In this document: positions 41,103 through 51,898 of the stretch, one piece after another
Layout: every line of letters begins with the position of its first letter
How positions within the stretch are numbered: position 1 is the first letter of the stretch
Assembly: GCA_030747115.1 (NCBI GenBank)
Contig: JASLLH010000001.1
Location: 1,734 to 65,733 of the forward strand
From: Arenicellales bacterium
Lineage (GTDB): Bacteria > Pseudomonadota > Gammaproteobacteria > Arenicellales > UBA868
Reading direction: 5' to 3'
Length of the DNA: 64,000 nucleotides
The notes under the pieces: model-generated
The model's input: the letters and a program-made list of their open reading frames with translations, nothing else
The model's database searches: none
What the model was told of the DNA's origin: nothing
Made by a program: the position numbers and the translations under genes

Positions 41103-42776
41103 TCACATGGCGCTGTAAGAGGGCCCGCCGCCGCCCTCGGGTGTGACCCAGGTAATGTTCTGGCTCGGGTCCTTGATATCACAGGTCTTGCAGTGAATGC
41201 AGTTTTGCGCATTGATCTGGAAGCGCTGCTCTGAGCCTTCTTCGACGATTTCGTAGACGCCGGCCGGGCAGTAGCGTTGTGCCGGTTCCGCCCACTTGGG
41301 CAGATTCGTTCTGATCGGAATTTCACTATCCGTGAGGCAAAGATGTACCGGCTGGTCTTCCTCGTGATTGGTGTTGCTTAGAAACACCGAGCTGTTTTTG
41401 TCGAAGGTCAGCACGCCGTCGGGTTTGGGATATTCAATCGGCGTGACCTTGCCGCTTTCCTTGAGTGACGCATGATCCCAGGAGCGGTCCTTGAGGGTGA
41501 ACGGCATCTTGCCGCGCAGCCAGTTCTGGTCGACATAATTGAAGGCGCCCCCAAGATACGGCCCGAACTTGTGCAATGCCGGGCCGAAGTTGCGCGCGGC
41601 TTTGAGTTCGGGATAGAGCCACGAGCAGCGCATGTGCGAATCGTAATGGGTGTGGTCCTTGCCGCCGGGGTCTCCGTCCAGCAGCACCTGGATGATGGTA
41701 TCCGCCGCCAGCATGCCGGATTTCATCGCGGTGTGGGTCCCTTTGATCTTGGCGAAGTTCATTGTGCCGGCATCACATCCAACGAGGAAGGCCCCGGGCA
41801 GGGACATCTTCGGCAGCGAATTAAAGCCGCCCTTGGTAATGGCGCGCGCGCCATAGGAGAGCCGTTCGCCGCCTGCCAGGGTCGGCGCAATGATCGAATG
41901 GGTTTTGAAGCGCTGCAACTCATCGAAAGGACTGAGGTAAGGGTTGGCGTAGTTGAGATCCACAATCAGCCCAAGCGCGACCTGGCAGTCCTCGAGGTGG
42001 TAGAGGAATACACCGCCCGAGGCCTGGTTTTCTGATAAAGGCCACCCGGCTCCGTGTATGACGAGCCCTGGCTGATGCAGCGAAGGGTCGACCCGCCACA
42101 ACTCCTTCAAGCCAATGCCGTAGTGCTGAGGAGAGCGGTCGTGATCAAGTGCATACTGCTCGATGAGCTGCTTGCCAAGATGCCCCCGGCAGCCTTCGGC
42201 AAACACCGTGTACTTGGCGTGCAGTTCCATACCGGGTTCATAAGCGGCTTTGGGCTCGCCGTCTTTGCCCCGACCCATCTCCCCGGTGGCAACGCCTTTG
42301 ACCCCACCTGTGTCATCAAACAGCACCTCACTGGCAGGAAAGCCGGGGTAAATCTCGACCCCGAGCGCCTCGGCCTGCTCACCCAGCCAGCGCACCACCT
42401 GGCCGAGGCTGACGATGTAATTGCCGTGGTTGTGCATGGTGCGCGGTGCCAGAGCATGCGCAATCTTGACGGCTTTTTGCGGTCCCGTGAAAAAGTAGAT
42501 CTCATCGCGGGTCACCGGGGTATTCAGCGGTGCGCCCCGTTCCGCCCAGTCCGGGAAGAGTTCATTCAGCGCGGTGGGTTCGATCACGGCACCTGAGAGA
42601 ATGTGATCCCCGACCGCAGCGGCTTTTTCAAGCACCACGACACTGAGTTCGTGCTCATTTTCCGCCGCAAGCTGCATCAGCCGGCAGGCGGTCGCCAGTC
42701 CGGCGGGGCCTGCGCCTACGACGACGACATCCACTTCCATGGATTCGCGTTCAATCATATTTTGCGTTTCGCTCAT
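41103..42776 (-). CDS. Electron-transfer flavoprotein:ubiquinone oxidoreductase
   Basis: 557 aa. The FAD motif is DVVVVGAGPAGLATA, and the C-terminal 4Fe-4S cluster motif is CPAGVYE...NCIHCKTCDIKDP. Confidence 0.9.
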   Translation of the reverse strand: MSETQNMIERESMEVDVVVVGAGPAGLATACRLMQLAAENEHELSVVVLEKAAAVGDHILSGAVIEPTALNELFPDWAERGAPLNTPVTRDEIYFFTGPQKAVKIAHALAPRTMHNHGNYIVSLGQVVRWLGEQAEALGVEIYPGFPASEVLFDDTGGVKGVATGEMGRGKDGEPKAAYEPGMELHAKYTVFAEGCRGHLGKQLIEQYALDHDRSPQHYGIGLKELWRVDPSLHQPGLVIHGAGWPLSENQASGGVFLYHLEDCQVALGLIVDLNYANPYLSPFDELQRFKTHSIIAPTLAGGERLSYGARAITKGGFNSLPKMSLPGAFLVGCDAGTMNFAKIKGTHTAMKSGMLAADTIIQVLLDGDPGGKDHTHYDSHMRCSWLYPELKAARNFGPALHKFGPYLGGAFNYVDQNWLRGKMPFTLKDRSWDHASLKESGKVTPIEYPKPDGVLTFDKNSSVFLSNTNHEEDQPVHLCLTDSEIPIRTNLPKWAEPAQRYCPAGVYEIVEEGSEQRFQINAQNCIHCKTCDIKDPSQNITWVTPEGGGGPSYSAM

Positions 42777-43001
42777 AACTGCCTCAGGAAGGGTTCTACC
42801 AAGGATAACGCGGTCCGGACGGGAACGACGTTCCTATCACGACGCCAGTGGGTCCGGAGCCTGTGCAAAAATACACGCGAAGGATAACATCAGCCGTGTA
42901 ACGCTTGCGGACCCGCTGCACCGGGTCCGGCGACGATGGCCGCAAGGCATGGTCTAATCCGGTATGGTTAAGCGAGCAATAGCAATAAAGGATGCAAGCC
43001 G

Positions 43002-43766
43002 ATGAATCTTGAAAATCTTCCTGCACTTGTTACCGGCGGCGGATCCGGGATGGGTGCCGTGACCGCCCGAATGCTTTGTGAGCGCGGTGCCCGGGTCGCG
43101 GTGCTGGACCGTGATATGGACGGCGCCCGGAAAACGGCTCATGAGATAGGCGGATGGGCGCTCGAAGCGGATGTCTCAAGCGCAGAGTCGGTGGAAGCAG
43201 CCCTACAGCAGATTGCGGACCAGTGGGGCGCACCGCGGATTGCGGTCAGTTGCGCCGGGATTGCCCCGGCATCGAGGATCGTCGGCCGCGAGGGCCCGCA
43301 TGACCTGGATCTTTTTCAGCGGGTCATCAAGGTGAACTTGGTGGGTACTTTCAATGTGCTGCGCCTGTGTGCCGCCCGGATGACGGAATTGGAACCCCTT
43401 TCTGAAAGCGGCAGCCGCGGGGTCATCATCAACACCGCCTCGGTTGCGGCCTATGAAGGACAGATCGGCCAGGCCGCCTATAGTTCTTCCAAGGGCGGCG
43501 TGGTGGCGCTCACCTTACCTGCCGCCCGTGAGCTTTCGCGTTTCGGCATTCGCGTCATGACCATTGCCCCGGGACTCATCGGCACGCCGATGCTGCTGAA
43601 CATGCCCGATCAGGTCCAGGAGAGTCTGGCGGGCCAGGTGCCGTTTCCATCGCGCTTTGGCAAGCCCGAGGAGTTTGCCGATCTCGTTTCACACATTATC
43701 GATAACGAGATGCTGAACGGCGAAGTGATCCGGCTCGACGGCGCCATCCGGCTGGCGCCGAAATAG
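43002..43766 (+). CDS. SDR-family 3-hydroxyacyl-CoA dehydrogenase (type-2 / HSD17B10-like)
   Basis: 254 aa, with TGGGSGMG, NTASVAAYEGQIGQAAYSSSKGG (YxxxK) and PGLIGTPM. Confidence 0.85.
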   Translation: MNLENLPALVTGGGSGMGAVTARMLCERGARVAVLDRDMDGARKTAHEIGGWALEADVSSAESVEAALQQIADQWGAPRIAVSCAGIAPASRIVGREGPHDLDLFQRVIKVNLVGTFNVLRLCAARMTELEPLSESGSRGVIINTASVAAYEGQIGQAAYSSSKGGVVALTLPAARELSRFGIRVMTIAPGLIGTPMLLNMPDQVQESLAGQVPFPSRFGKPEEFADLVSHIIDNEMLNGEVIRLDGAIRLAPK

Positions 43767-43794
43767 GAAATTTGAGACCCGGGCGCTGCCTGCC

Positions 43795-45582
43795 ATGCCC
43801 CTCGCTACCGAGCATCTCACTCTCTTCGGCCTGCTGCTCGCCGTTTTTGGATTTCTCCTGTGGGGGCGTGTGCGCTACGACCTGGTGGCCTTTACAGCGC
43901 TGGTTCTGGCGCTCATTGTGGGGGTGGTTCCGGTGGAGGCGGCTTTTTCCGGCTTTGGCCATCCGGCGACCGTCATTATTGCCCTGGTGCTGATTGTCAG
44001 CCGGGGTCTTTTCAACTCCGGTGTTGTCGAGGCCATTGCCCAGGTCTGCGTGGCCGGGGTCAAGGGGGTCGGCGCCCATATCGGACTGATGTCAGGGGTC
44101 GGGGGCCTGCTGTCGGCGGTGATGAACAATGTCGCCGCGCTGTCACTGCTGATGCCGGTCGATATCGAGGCTGCCCGCAAGGCCGAGCGCAGCCCGGGGC
44201 TCACCCTGATGCCGCTCTCTTTTGCGACCATCCTTGGGGGGATGGTTACCTTAATCGGCACGCCGCCTAATATTGTGGTTGCCACGGTACGCGAGGAGGC
44301 GCTCGGCGATCCGTTCCGGATGTTTGACTTTGCACCGGTGGGGTTCGTGGTGGCGGTTGCCGGGGTGCTTTTTGTTGCGCTGGCGGGCTGGCGCTTGCTG
44401 CCGTCGGGCCGGCGCAAGGAGAACCCTGCCGTCGCGCTTGCCGACCTGGCCGGCTATGTCTTTGAGACGTCGGTTACCGAGAACAGCAAACTGATTGGTG
44501 CGCCCCTGCGCGAGGCTTTCCCCCTCGCTGAAGAGCACGACGTCGTCATCACGGGGCTCATCCGCAATCATGTGCGGCTCGCCGGTTCCGCCCGCCGGGA
44601 AATCGTCAAGGAAGGCGATATCCTGGTCCTTGAAGGTGCAGCCGAGTCGATCGAGCAGTTTGTGGGGGCTGCCCGGCTGGGCAGCGGTGATCCGGACAAG
44701 AAGGTAGAACTGCTGGGTGAGTCGATGGCGCTTGCAGAGGCGGTGGTACCGGTCGGGGCAAGAATCGCAGGCCGCTCGGCGACGGATCTTCGGCTGGCGT
44801 ACCGCCACGGGGTCATGCTGCTGGGGGTCTCGCGCCGCGGCCGTTCCTTTCGTGAGCGGGTGCGCAAACTGCGGATACTCCCCGGGGATATCTTGCTGCT
44901 CTACGGCGTGGAAGACCGGCTTGATCACGCGGTCCAGTGGCTGGGCTGCCTTGCCCTTGCAGACCGCGGCCTGACCGTGCTGCAGCGCCAGAAAGCGGGT
45001 CTTGCTATTGGTACGTTTGCTCTTGCGATCCTGGCCGCGAGCGTCGGCTGGCTTTATCTTTCGGTCGCGCTTGGGGCCGTGGTGGTAGTGTATGTGGTCT
45101 TCGGGCTGGTGAAACCGACGGAAGTCTATGAGTCGGTTGAGTGGCCGGTGATCGTTCTGCTGGGATCGCTGATACCCATCGGCAGTGCACTGGAAAGCAG
45201 CGGGGGAACTGCACTCATTGCGCAATGGATTCTGTCCGTCACGCAAGGTCTTGCGCCGGTGATGGTGCTGGCAATCCTGATGATTGTCACCATGAGTCTT
45301 TCGGATGTGCTGAACAATGTCGCCACTGCGCTGATCGCAGCACCCATCGGGCTTGAGATTGCCGGGCGGCTTGAACTCAACCCCGATCCTTTCCTGATGG
45401 CGGTTGCGGTGGCCGCCTCCTGCGCTTTTCTTACCCCGATTGGCCACAAGAACAACACCATTGTCATGGGCCCCGGGGGCTACCGCTTTGGTGACTACTG
45501 GCGCATGGGTCTGCCCCTTGAGATCCTTGTTGTGGCAGTAAGTCTCCCCGCTATTTTGTTTTTCTGGCCGCTTGCCGGCTGA
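43795..45582 (+). CDS. SLC13/DASS-family permease with central tandem TrkA-C (RCK_C) domains
   Basis: 595 aa. Hydrophobic N- and C-terminal halves flank two soluble segments of about 80 aa each (ETSVTENSKLIGAPLRE...ILVLEG and AEAVVPVGARIAGRSATDL...ILLLYG). Confidence 0.8.
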   Translation: MPLATEHLTLFGLLLAVFGFLLWGRVRYDLVAFTALVLALIVGVVPVEAAFSGFGHPATVIIALVLIVSRGLFNSGVVEAIAQVCVAGVKGVGAHIGLMSGVGGLLSAVMNNVAALSLLMPVDIEAARKAERSPGLTLMPLSFATILGGMVTLIGTPPNIVVATVREEALGDPFRMFDFAPVGFVVAVAGVLFVALAGWRLLPSGRRKENPAVALADLAGYVFETSVTENSKLIGAPLREAFPLAEEHDVVITGLIRNHVRLAGSARREIVKEGDILVLEGAAESIEQFVGAARLGSGDPDKKVELLGESMALAEAVVPVGARIAGRSATDLRLAYRHGVMLLGVSRRGRSFRERVRKLRILPGDILLLYGVEDRLDHAVQWLGCLALADRGLTVLQRQKAGLAIGTFALAILAASVGWLYLSVALGAVVVVYVVFGLVKPTEVYESVEWPVIVLLGSLIPIGSALESSGGTALIAQWILSVTQGLAPVMVLAILMIVTMSLSDVLNNVATALIAAPIGLEIAGRLELNPDPFLMAVAVAASCAFLTPIGHKNNTIVMGPGGYRFGDYWRMGLPLEILVVAVSLPAILFFWPLAG

Positions 45583-45625
45583 GATATCAAGAGGGCTTCT
45601 ACGGTAGCTCATAAGATTTCTGACC

Positions 45626-48600
45626 GTGAACACCGCTTCAGACAAGGCCCGGCAGCAGATTCATCTGATCCGGCGCGAGGGAGAGCCGGCCCGCATCCAT
45701 GCGCTGCTCGGGAACTGGCAGCCCGGCGCTGATTTTCAGGACCAGATACAAGGCCGCGCACTTGGTCTCGTTGAAAAGGTCCGCGCACAGAAGTCGCCCA
45801 ATCTGCTGGAGGCCTTTCTCGCGGAATACGGGCTTTCCACCGATGAGGGAGTCGGCATGATGTGCCTCGCCGAGGCATTGCTGCGGGTCCCCGACAGCAT
45901 CACCATCGACGCGCTGATCGAAGACAAGATCGTGCCCGGGCGCTGGAGCCGGCATCTGAATCACTCCAGTTCGTCGCTGGTGAACGCCTCAACGTGGGCC
46001 CTGCTGCTGACCGGAAAACTGTTGAACCCTGATCTCGCGAGCGGGATCGTCGACACCCTGCGAGCCACCGTGAAGCGGATCGGTGAGCCGGCGGTGCGCG
46101 TGATCATTGGTGAGGCGATGAAAGAGTTGGGCCGGCAGTTTGTGCTCGGCCGGGATATCGGCGAAGCGCTTGCACATTCCGGCGCACTTAAAGAGAAAGG
46201 GTACGCCTTTTCTTATGACATGCTCGGCGAGGCTGCCCGCTCAGACGCCGATGCCAGGCGCTATCACCTGTCGTACTCCGAGGCAATCTCTGCGCTTGCG
46301 CCGGGCTGCTCGCCGACAGCCGTCCGTCAGAACCCCGGAATCTCGGTCAAGCTGTCGGCACTGCACCCGCGCTTTGAGCATGGGAAACGCGGGCGGGTCA
46401 TGACGGAACTCCTGGGCCGGGTTAGCGCACTTGCGCAACTCGCGCGAAGTGCCTCGATGGGCTTTAACATCGATGCCGAGGAGAGTGAGCGGCTCGACCT
46501 GACCCTGGACATTATCGAGGCGCTCTTGGATGAGCCGGCACTCGCCGACTGGGAGGGCTTTGGCGTGGTGGTGCAGGCGTATCACCTGGATGCCGCAGCG
46601 GTCATTGACTGGCTCTATACCCTCGCAAAACGCCGACAACGGCGCATCATGGTCCGTCTGGTCAAAGGCGCCTACTGGGATACCCAGATCAAGCGGGCCC
46701 AGGTCATGGGGCTTGAGACCTACCCCGTTTTCACCCGCAAAGCTGGCACAGACCTTTCCTACCTGGCCTGCGCAAAGCAACTGCTTGCAGGGCGTGAGCA
46801 TTTTTATCCGCAGTTTGCCACCCACAACGCCCATACAATGGCGACGGTCATGGCGCTCGCGGGGGGTCCGGACGAGTCCTTTGAGTTTCAGCGTCTGCAC
46901 GGCATGGGCGAATCGCTGCATCGGCTGGTCCGGGAAGAACAGGGTTATCCCTGCCGGATTTACGCCCCGGTCGGCGCCCATCGTGATCTTCTGGCCTATC
47001 TCGTCAGGCGGCTTCTGGAAAACGGCGCCAACAGTTCCTTCGTCAATCAACTGCTCGATCACGACATCCCCGCCGCCGACGTCGTCAGTGACCCTCTGGA
47101 CCAGATCCGCCATGTGGCGAATGCGCCGTCACACCCGAAGATCCCCCGGCCGGCCGATCTTTACCAGCCGGCACGGCGCAACAGCGCCGGGCGGGATCTT
47201 GAAGACCGGCACTCCGTCGAGACCCTGCAACAGGAGATGGCGCCGTTTGCAGGTTCGGTCTGGCAGCCGCTGCAGGATGCCACGCCACCCCTTCGCGGCA
47301 CGGCGCTTCAAGTGCGCAATCCTGCACAGCCCAAGGAGCAGGTGGGCGTTATCCATGAGGCTTCAGCCGGGGATGTCGACCCGGCCATTGAGCGGGCCAA
47401 GAGTGCACTGGGTTCCTGGCGGCAGCTTTCGGCGAGTATGCGTGGTGCGCGGCTCAACCGGGCTGCAGATCTTTATGAGACCCATTTTGCCGAACTGATG
47501 GCGCTTGCCAGCCGTGAGGCCGGGAAAACTTTGCTCGATGGGGTTGCCGAGATCCGCGAAGCGGTCGATTTTCTCCGTTACTACGCAAGCCGGGCAGAAA
47601 ATCTTTCGCGGTCTATCACCCCAAGGGGGGTCTTTGCCTGCGTCTCGCCCTGGAATTTTCCGCTGGCCATCTTTACCGGCCAGATCAGCGCGGCGCTTGC
47701 TGCGGGGAACTGCGTTATTGCCAAACCGGCAGAGCAGACGCCGCTGATGGCCTTGCGGGCAGCGGAACTGATGCACCAGGCGGGTGTACCCAAGGATGTA
47801 CTGCAGTGCCTTCCTGGCCCGGGAGAAACTGTAGGAGCTGCGCTCGCAGCCGACCCCCGGATCGGCGGCGTGTGCTTTACCGGTTCGATCGAAACTGCCC
47901 GGCATATTCACCGCAGCATGGCCCTCGCCGGTAACCCGGCAGCACCGCTGATCGCCGAGACCGGCGGAATCAATGCGATGCTGGTTGATTCAACTGCGCT
48001 GCCCGAGCAGGTGGTACGGGATGTGCTGGTATCGGCTTTTCAAAGTGCCGGCCAGCGCTGTTCGGCGCTGCGCATTCTTTATCTGCAGGAAGACGTCAAG
48101 GACCGGGTGCTTGACTTGCTTTTCGGCGCGATGGATGAGCTGCAGCTGGGCGACCCGCTTGATCTTGCAACCGATGTCGGCCCATTGATCGACGCATCAG
48201 CACTTGAAGGGATCCGGAGTTACTGCGAGCGCCAGAAGACTGCGGACCGGGTACTCAAGCAGTTGGATGCGCCCGCCGATGGTTATTTTATGGGGCCGAC
48301 GGTTATTGAAGTATCCGGTATTGGCGCTATCGCGCGTGAAGTCTTCGGGCCGGTGCTGCATGTCGCAAGCTTTGCAGCCGGGGAGATAGAACAACTGCTG
48401 TCCGCCATCAACGGGCACGGCTATGGCCTCACCCTCGGTCTTCATACGCGGGTGGATGTACGGGTTCAGCAGGTGGTCGACCGGGCGCAGGTTGGCAATA
48501 TCTACGTCAACCGCAACCAGATTGGCGCTGTCGTGGGAACCCAGCCTTTCGGCGGTGAGGGCTTATCAGGCACCGGCCCCAAGGCCGGCGGCCCGCTTTA

Positions 48601-49261
48601 TCTCAAGCGTTTCTGTAACAGCATGCCGGCGGCTTTGCTGGCCGCGAAGGATCAAGGCCCTGGGGCGGGCATCGATGCGGAGCAATTGCAGAACTGGGCT
48701 CTCGCCGAAACCGCGCCTTCAGAGCCGCTTGATCCCGGGAAGATCGACGCCTTTCTTGAACGGGTTTCGTCGTTGCTGCCTGCTCCGATCGCGGATGCCA
48801 TCCGGAATATCATCAGGCTTCCTGCGCAGATGCCCGGGCCCACCGGTGAAAGCAACCACTGGACGCTTTATCCCCGGGGCAATGTTCTGTGTCTTGGACC
48901 GGGAGTTGAGAATCTCGGGATACAGGTCTGCCAGGCGCTCGCCCTGGGGAACCGTGTGCTCGCCGTTGGTGTAGAGATTCCGGAACTTTCCGAGACACTT
49001 GCAGACTGGCCTCTGGAGACCTGCTCCGGGACGGTTGCTGCCGAGGTTTTGAAAAGCGTTCAGGGTATCAACGCGGTCTGCCTCTGGAGGGCGGGTTCAG
49101 ACCTTCGGCCCTGGCGCACAGCGCTTGCAGAACGCGAGGGGGTGATCGTGCCGCTGCTGAGCGATCCCGGTGACGGGGACCAACTTGTGCTCGAGCGCCA
49201 TGTCTGTGTCGATACCACCGCCTCCGGGGGCAATACAACGCTCCTGGTGCAGACAGCCTAA
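45626..49261 (+). CDS. putA: Bifunctional proline dehydrogenase / L-glutamate-gamma-semialdehyde dehydrogenase
   Basis: 1211 aa. The PRODH region shows FSYDMLGEAA and LVKGAYWD. The ALDH region shows FTGSIETA, with the catalytic Cys in GQRCSALR. Confidence 0.92.
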   Translation: MNTASDKARQQIHLIRREGEPARIHALLGNWQPGADFQDQIQGRALGLVEKVRAQKSPNLLEAFLAEYGLSTDEGVGMMCLAEALLRVPDSITIDALIEDKIVPGRWSRHLNHSSSSLVNASTWALLLTGKLLNPDLASGIVDTLRATVKRIGEPAVRVIIGEAMKELGRQFVLGRDIGEALAHSGALKEKGYAFSYDMLGEAARSDADARRYHLSYSEAISALAPGCSPTAVRQNPGISVKLSALHPRFEHGKRGRVMTELLGRVSALAQLARSASMGFNIDAEESERLDLTLDIIEALLDEPALADWEGFGVVVQAYHLDAAAVIDWLYTLAKRRQRRIMVRLVKGAYWDTQIKRAQVMGLETYPVFTRKAGTDLSYLACAKQLLAGREHFYPQFATHNAHTMATVMALAGGPDESFEFQRLHGMGESLHRLVREEQGYPCRIYAPVGAHRDLLAYLVRRLLENGANSSFVNQLLDHDIPAADVVSDPLDQIRHVANAPSHPKIPRPADLYQPARRNSAGRDLEDRHSVETLQQEMAPFAGSVWQPLQDATPPLRGTALQVRNPAQPKEQVGVIHEASAGDVDPAIERAKSALGSWRQLSASMRGARLNRAADLYETHFAELMALASREAGKTLLDGVAEIREAVDFLRYYASRAENLSRSITPRGVFACVSPWNFPLAIFTGQISAALAAGNCVIAKPAEQTPLMALRAAELMHQAGVPKDVLQCLPGPGETVGAALAADPRIGGVCFTGSIETARHIHRSMALAGNPAAPLIAETGGINAMLVDSTALPEQVVRDVLVSAFQSAGQRCSALRILYLQEDVKDRVLDLLFGAMDELQLGDPLDLATDVGPLIDASALEGIRSYCERQKTADRVLKQLDAPADGYFMGPTVIEVSGIGAIAREVFGPVLHVASFAAGEIEQLLSAINGHGYGLTLGLHTRVDVRVQQVVDRAQVGNIYVNRNQIGAVVGTQPFGGEGLSGTGPKAGGPLYLKRFCNSMPAALLAAKDQGPGAGIDAEQLQNWALAETAPSEPLDPGKIDAFLERVSSLLPAPIADAIRNIIRLPAQMPGPTGESNHWTLYPRGNVLCLGPGVENLGIQVCQALALGNRVLAVGVEIPELSETLADWPLETCSGTVAAEVLKSVQGINAVCLWRAGSDLRPWRTALAEREGVIVPLLSDPGDGDQLVLERHVCVDTTASGGNTTLLVQTA

Positions 49262-49328
49262 GCATTCGGTATGGTTGCGCCTTGATCAATCAGTGCAGAT
49301 CGTCAGACCCCTGTAAAGGAGGGCAACC

Positions 49329-50534
49329 ATGACCTCGGGTGTGGGAGGCTCGACAGCCGATCAGGAACTGGGCGCGTTGTCCCGGCAGACGGGGTCCGTT
49401 CCGATTTCATCGGATGAGCGCCAGGGACGTATTGCCAAGGCGCAGCGACTGATGGTGGAGCAGGGCATCGACGCGCTGTACCTTGATGCTTCGACCAGCC
49501 TTTTTTACTTTACGGGCCTGCGCCTGTGGGCAACGGAGCGGCTGCATGGAGCCGTAATCCCCGCTCGGGGAGACCTTGTCTACATCACCCCCGGGTTTGA
49601 AGAAGAAAAGACCCGCGCCATGCTGCTCTTCGGTGATGACATCCGCACCTGGGAAGAGCACGAAGATCCCACGGTACTGGTCTCGCAATGTATCGCCGAA
49701 ACGGGCGGCGCATTGCCGCGGGTGGCGGTTGACCCGGCCACGCCGTTTTTTGTCTTTGCTGGGCTGCGCCGGGCCCTGCCGCAGGCCGAGTTTCTTAACG
49801 GTACATGCATCACTGCCGGATGCCGGATGCAAAAGTCCGCCAGCGAAATTGCGCTGATCCAGTTTGTGATGAACCTCACCCTCAAGGCGCAGCAAAGCGC
49901 TGCCCGGATTCTTGCGGCGGGGATGAGCACGGTGGATGTACAGGCGTTCTTGACTGCGGCACATCTTAAGCTCGGTACCGATGGCCCGCCGGCTTTTCGT
50001 ATCGTGCTGTTTGGCGAACCCACCGCCTATCCGCACGGGGTGCCTTATCCGCAGGAACTAAAAGAAGGGGACATGGTGCTGATTGATACCGGAGCGACGG
50101 TCGATGGGTATTTTTCCGACATTACCCGCAGTTATGTCTTCGGTGAACCCAGCCAACGACAGCGCGAGGTCTGGAACCTTGAAAAGGCGGCCCAGGCGGC
50201 GGCGTTTGCCGCAGCGAAGGTCGGCGCTCCTGCGGAAACCGTTGACCGTGCTGCGCGCGATGTTATCGAGGCCGCAGGCTTTGGGCCGGGATACAAAGTA
50301 CCGGGCCTTGCCCACCGTACCGGACATGGCATTGGCCTCGATATCCACGAGGAAACCTACATCGTGCCCGGCAATACCACCGCGCTTTTGCCGGGGATGT
50401 GTTTTTCCAACGAGCCGATGATCTGTATTTACGGCGAGTTCGGCGTGCGCCTTGAGGATCATGTGTACATCACCGATGACGGACCGCGCTGGTTTACAGA
50501 ACCTTCTCCCTCTATCGACCAGCCGTTTGCCTGA
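49329..50534 (+). CDS. M24-family metallopeptidase (Xaa-Pro dipeptidase/creatinase-like)
   Basis: 401 aa with a creatinase_N-like N-terminal domain. Pita-bread metal ligands lie in DTGATVDGYFSDITR, HRTGHGIGLDIHE and FSNEP...GVRLED. Confidence 0.8.
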   Translation: MTSGVGGSTADQELGALSRQTGSVPISSDERQGRIAKAQRLMVEQGIDALYLDASTSLFYFTGLRLWATERLHGAVIPARGDLVYITPGFEEEKTRAMLLFGDDIRTWEEHEDPTVLVSQCIAETGGALPRVAVDPATPFFVFAGLRRALPQAEFLNGTCITAGCRMQKSASEIALIQFVMNLTLKAQQSAARILAAGMSTVDVQAFLTAAHLKLGTDGPPAFRIVLFGEPTAYPHGVPYPQELKEGDMVLIDTGATVDGYFSDITRSYVFGEPSQRQREVWNLEKAAQAAAFAAAKVGAPAETVDRAARDVIEAAGFGPGYKVPGLAHRTGHGIGLDIHEETYIVPGNTTALLPGMCFSNEPMICIYGEFGVRLEDHVYITDDGPRWFTEPSPSIDQPFA

Positions 50535-50582
50535 AGGGTCGACGGAGTCCCTGAAGGATCCTCCCAAAGCTCATGGTGAGCG

Positions 50583-51029
50583 TCAGGCCGGTTTTTCGAT
50601 CAGTTCAAAAGTGATGCCGTCGGTATCGCGCAGATAAACCACCTGCGCTCCTGCATTGGGGCCCTGATCCACGGTGATGATTTCACCCTCGACGGTAACG
50701 CCGTGGCTGGCCGCGGCCTCTATCAGTTCATCGAGGCCGGTCACATCATAGGCAATGTGACAAAAGCCCGTGTCGCAGGCCCGGGGCCGTACCCTGGCGC
50801 GGTCATCCGGCCCGCTGTACTCGATGAGTTCGATACTGTGACCCGGCCCGCGGACATACGCGATCACGGCCCGGGCACCATCAATTCCTGTGACGCGCTC
50901 TATGACCTCGGGTGCCCGGGGCGCTTTCGAGGTGACTTCAAAGCCCAGCACATCCCGGAAAAAGGCAATGCTGCGGTCCAGGTCTGAGACGGTAAAGCTC
51001 GTATGGTTGGTGGCGAGAATCTGAGGCAT
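50583..51029 (-). CDS. VOC-family (glyoxalase/bleomycin-resistance/dioxygenase) protein
   Basis: It starts at MPQILATNHTSFTVSDLDRSIAFFRDVLGFEV (ATG at 51029-51027). The 95-codon upstream extension in the ORF track has no support. Confidence 0.75.
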   Translation of the reverse strand: MPQILATNHTSFTVSDLDRSIAFFRDVLGFEVTSKAPRAPEVIERVTGIDGARAVIAYVRGPGHSIELIEYSGPDDRARVRPRACDTGFCHIAYDVTGLDELIEAAASHGVTVEGEIITVDQGPNAGAQVVYLRDTDGITFELIEKPA

Positions 51030-51082
51030 AGTGTTTGATATTGAGGAGGTCTTTCGAGTGTACCCGCCCAGATGAAGTGTTG

Positions 51083-51160
51083 TTAAGAGGCGTTTGCCTG
51101 TTCCCGTAGCTTGAATTTCTGGATCTTGCCGGTCGAGGTCTTGGGCAGTTCGCGTGTGTG
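51083..51160 (-). pseudogene. 3-prime remnant of an acyl-CoA synthetase gene (last 25 or so codons only)
   Basis: My minus-strand translation reads ...HTRELPKTSTGKIQKFKLREQANAS-stop (stop at 51085-51083). It closely parallels the C-terminus of the intact ligase at 23095 (GELPKTSTGKIQKFVLREKAQNL). No AMP-binding body is visible upstream. Confidence 0.6.
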
Positions 51161-51898
51161 GCTCAAAACACGTTCGCCGAAATGCCCAAATGCGCAGCCG
51201 ATGCCCCCGGAAGTTCTGCCATAACCCCAAACCACCGGTGAATCTCATGGCAGCGGAGGGGGAACGAAAAACGGATACCCAAGTACAACGGACGGTCTTG
51301 CAGAAACAAAACATTGATCCAAGTCATGAAATGTTGTCTTAGATTGTATTGCCAGAACTAAGGTGATAGCCCGCTTCCGGCCAAAATGATGTAATCATGT
51401 CTCGGTCTAAACCACCTTTGGATAGGGGTAGCGCAAGAAAGGTTCGAGAGCACTGATGATCACCACCCGCCTCGGTCACCAGGTGCCCCGTTGGCACCTT
51501 GCCTGCCTCGGATTCTCCCAGGTGCTCTCAGGCTGGAGTCATATCCATAACTGGGCGGTCTCTTCCCACAGTTCACTGTTAAGCGGTTCGGCAAGGATCA
51601 CAGTCTCTGATGTCATCTCCGGCTGGGGGATGTCAGATACCCTGCATGATGTTCTGAACCGCAAGAGAAGAACCGATCACCGCTACCGTTCAGGACAGGA
51701 TGTTCCTGCTTTAGGAGCATCAAAGGCATCCCGCTTTCTCTCTCCCTCCGGGGTCTGTCAGAGCTGCAGCAAAGACAGGCAGATCCCAAGATTCTCTCGA
51801 TGTATTTCTGAGTTGTTTTTGAAGTTCAACTACCTCGTCACGGGCTCGCGCAGATTCAGGCGTTTATCGATCCGCGCTCTTTCTACAAGGCGCTCTGC

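Noticed and set aside
44251-45645. 464-aa minus-strand ORF
   Set aside because: It is antisense to the SLC13 permease gene. It has no recognisable motifs and is Arg/Pro/His-rich. It is a shadow ORF.
46241-47498. 290-aa minus-strand and 322-aa plus-strand (out-of-frame) ORFs inside putA
   Set aside because: PutA is continuous and motif-rich across this region. The alternative frames give Arg/Pro-rich nonsense.
51441-51451. GGTTCGAGAGC, resembling a tRNA T-loop, near the island edge
   Set aside because: The flanking bases cannot form a T-stem (aaagg versus gcact). I could not fold an acceptor or anticodon arm around it. It is not a tRNA or tRNA fragment that I can support.
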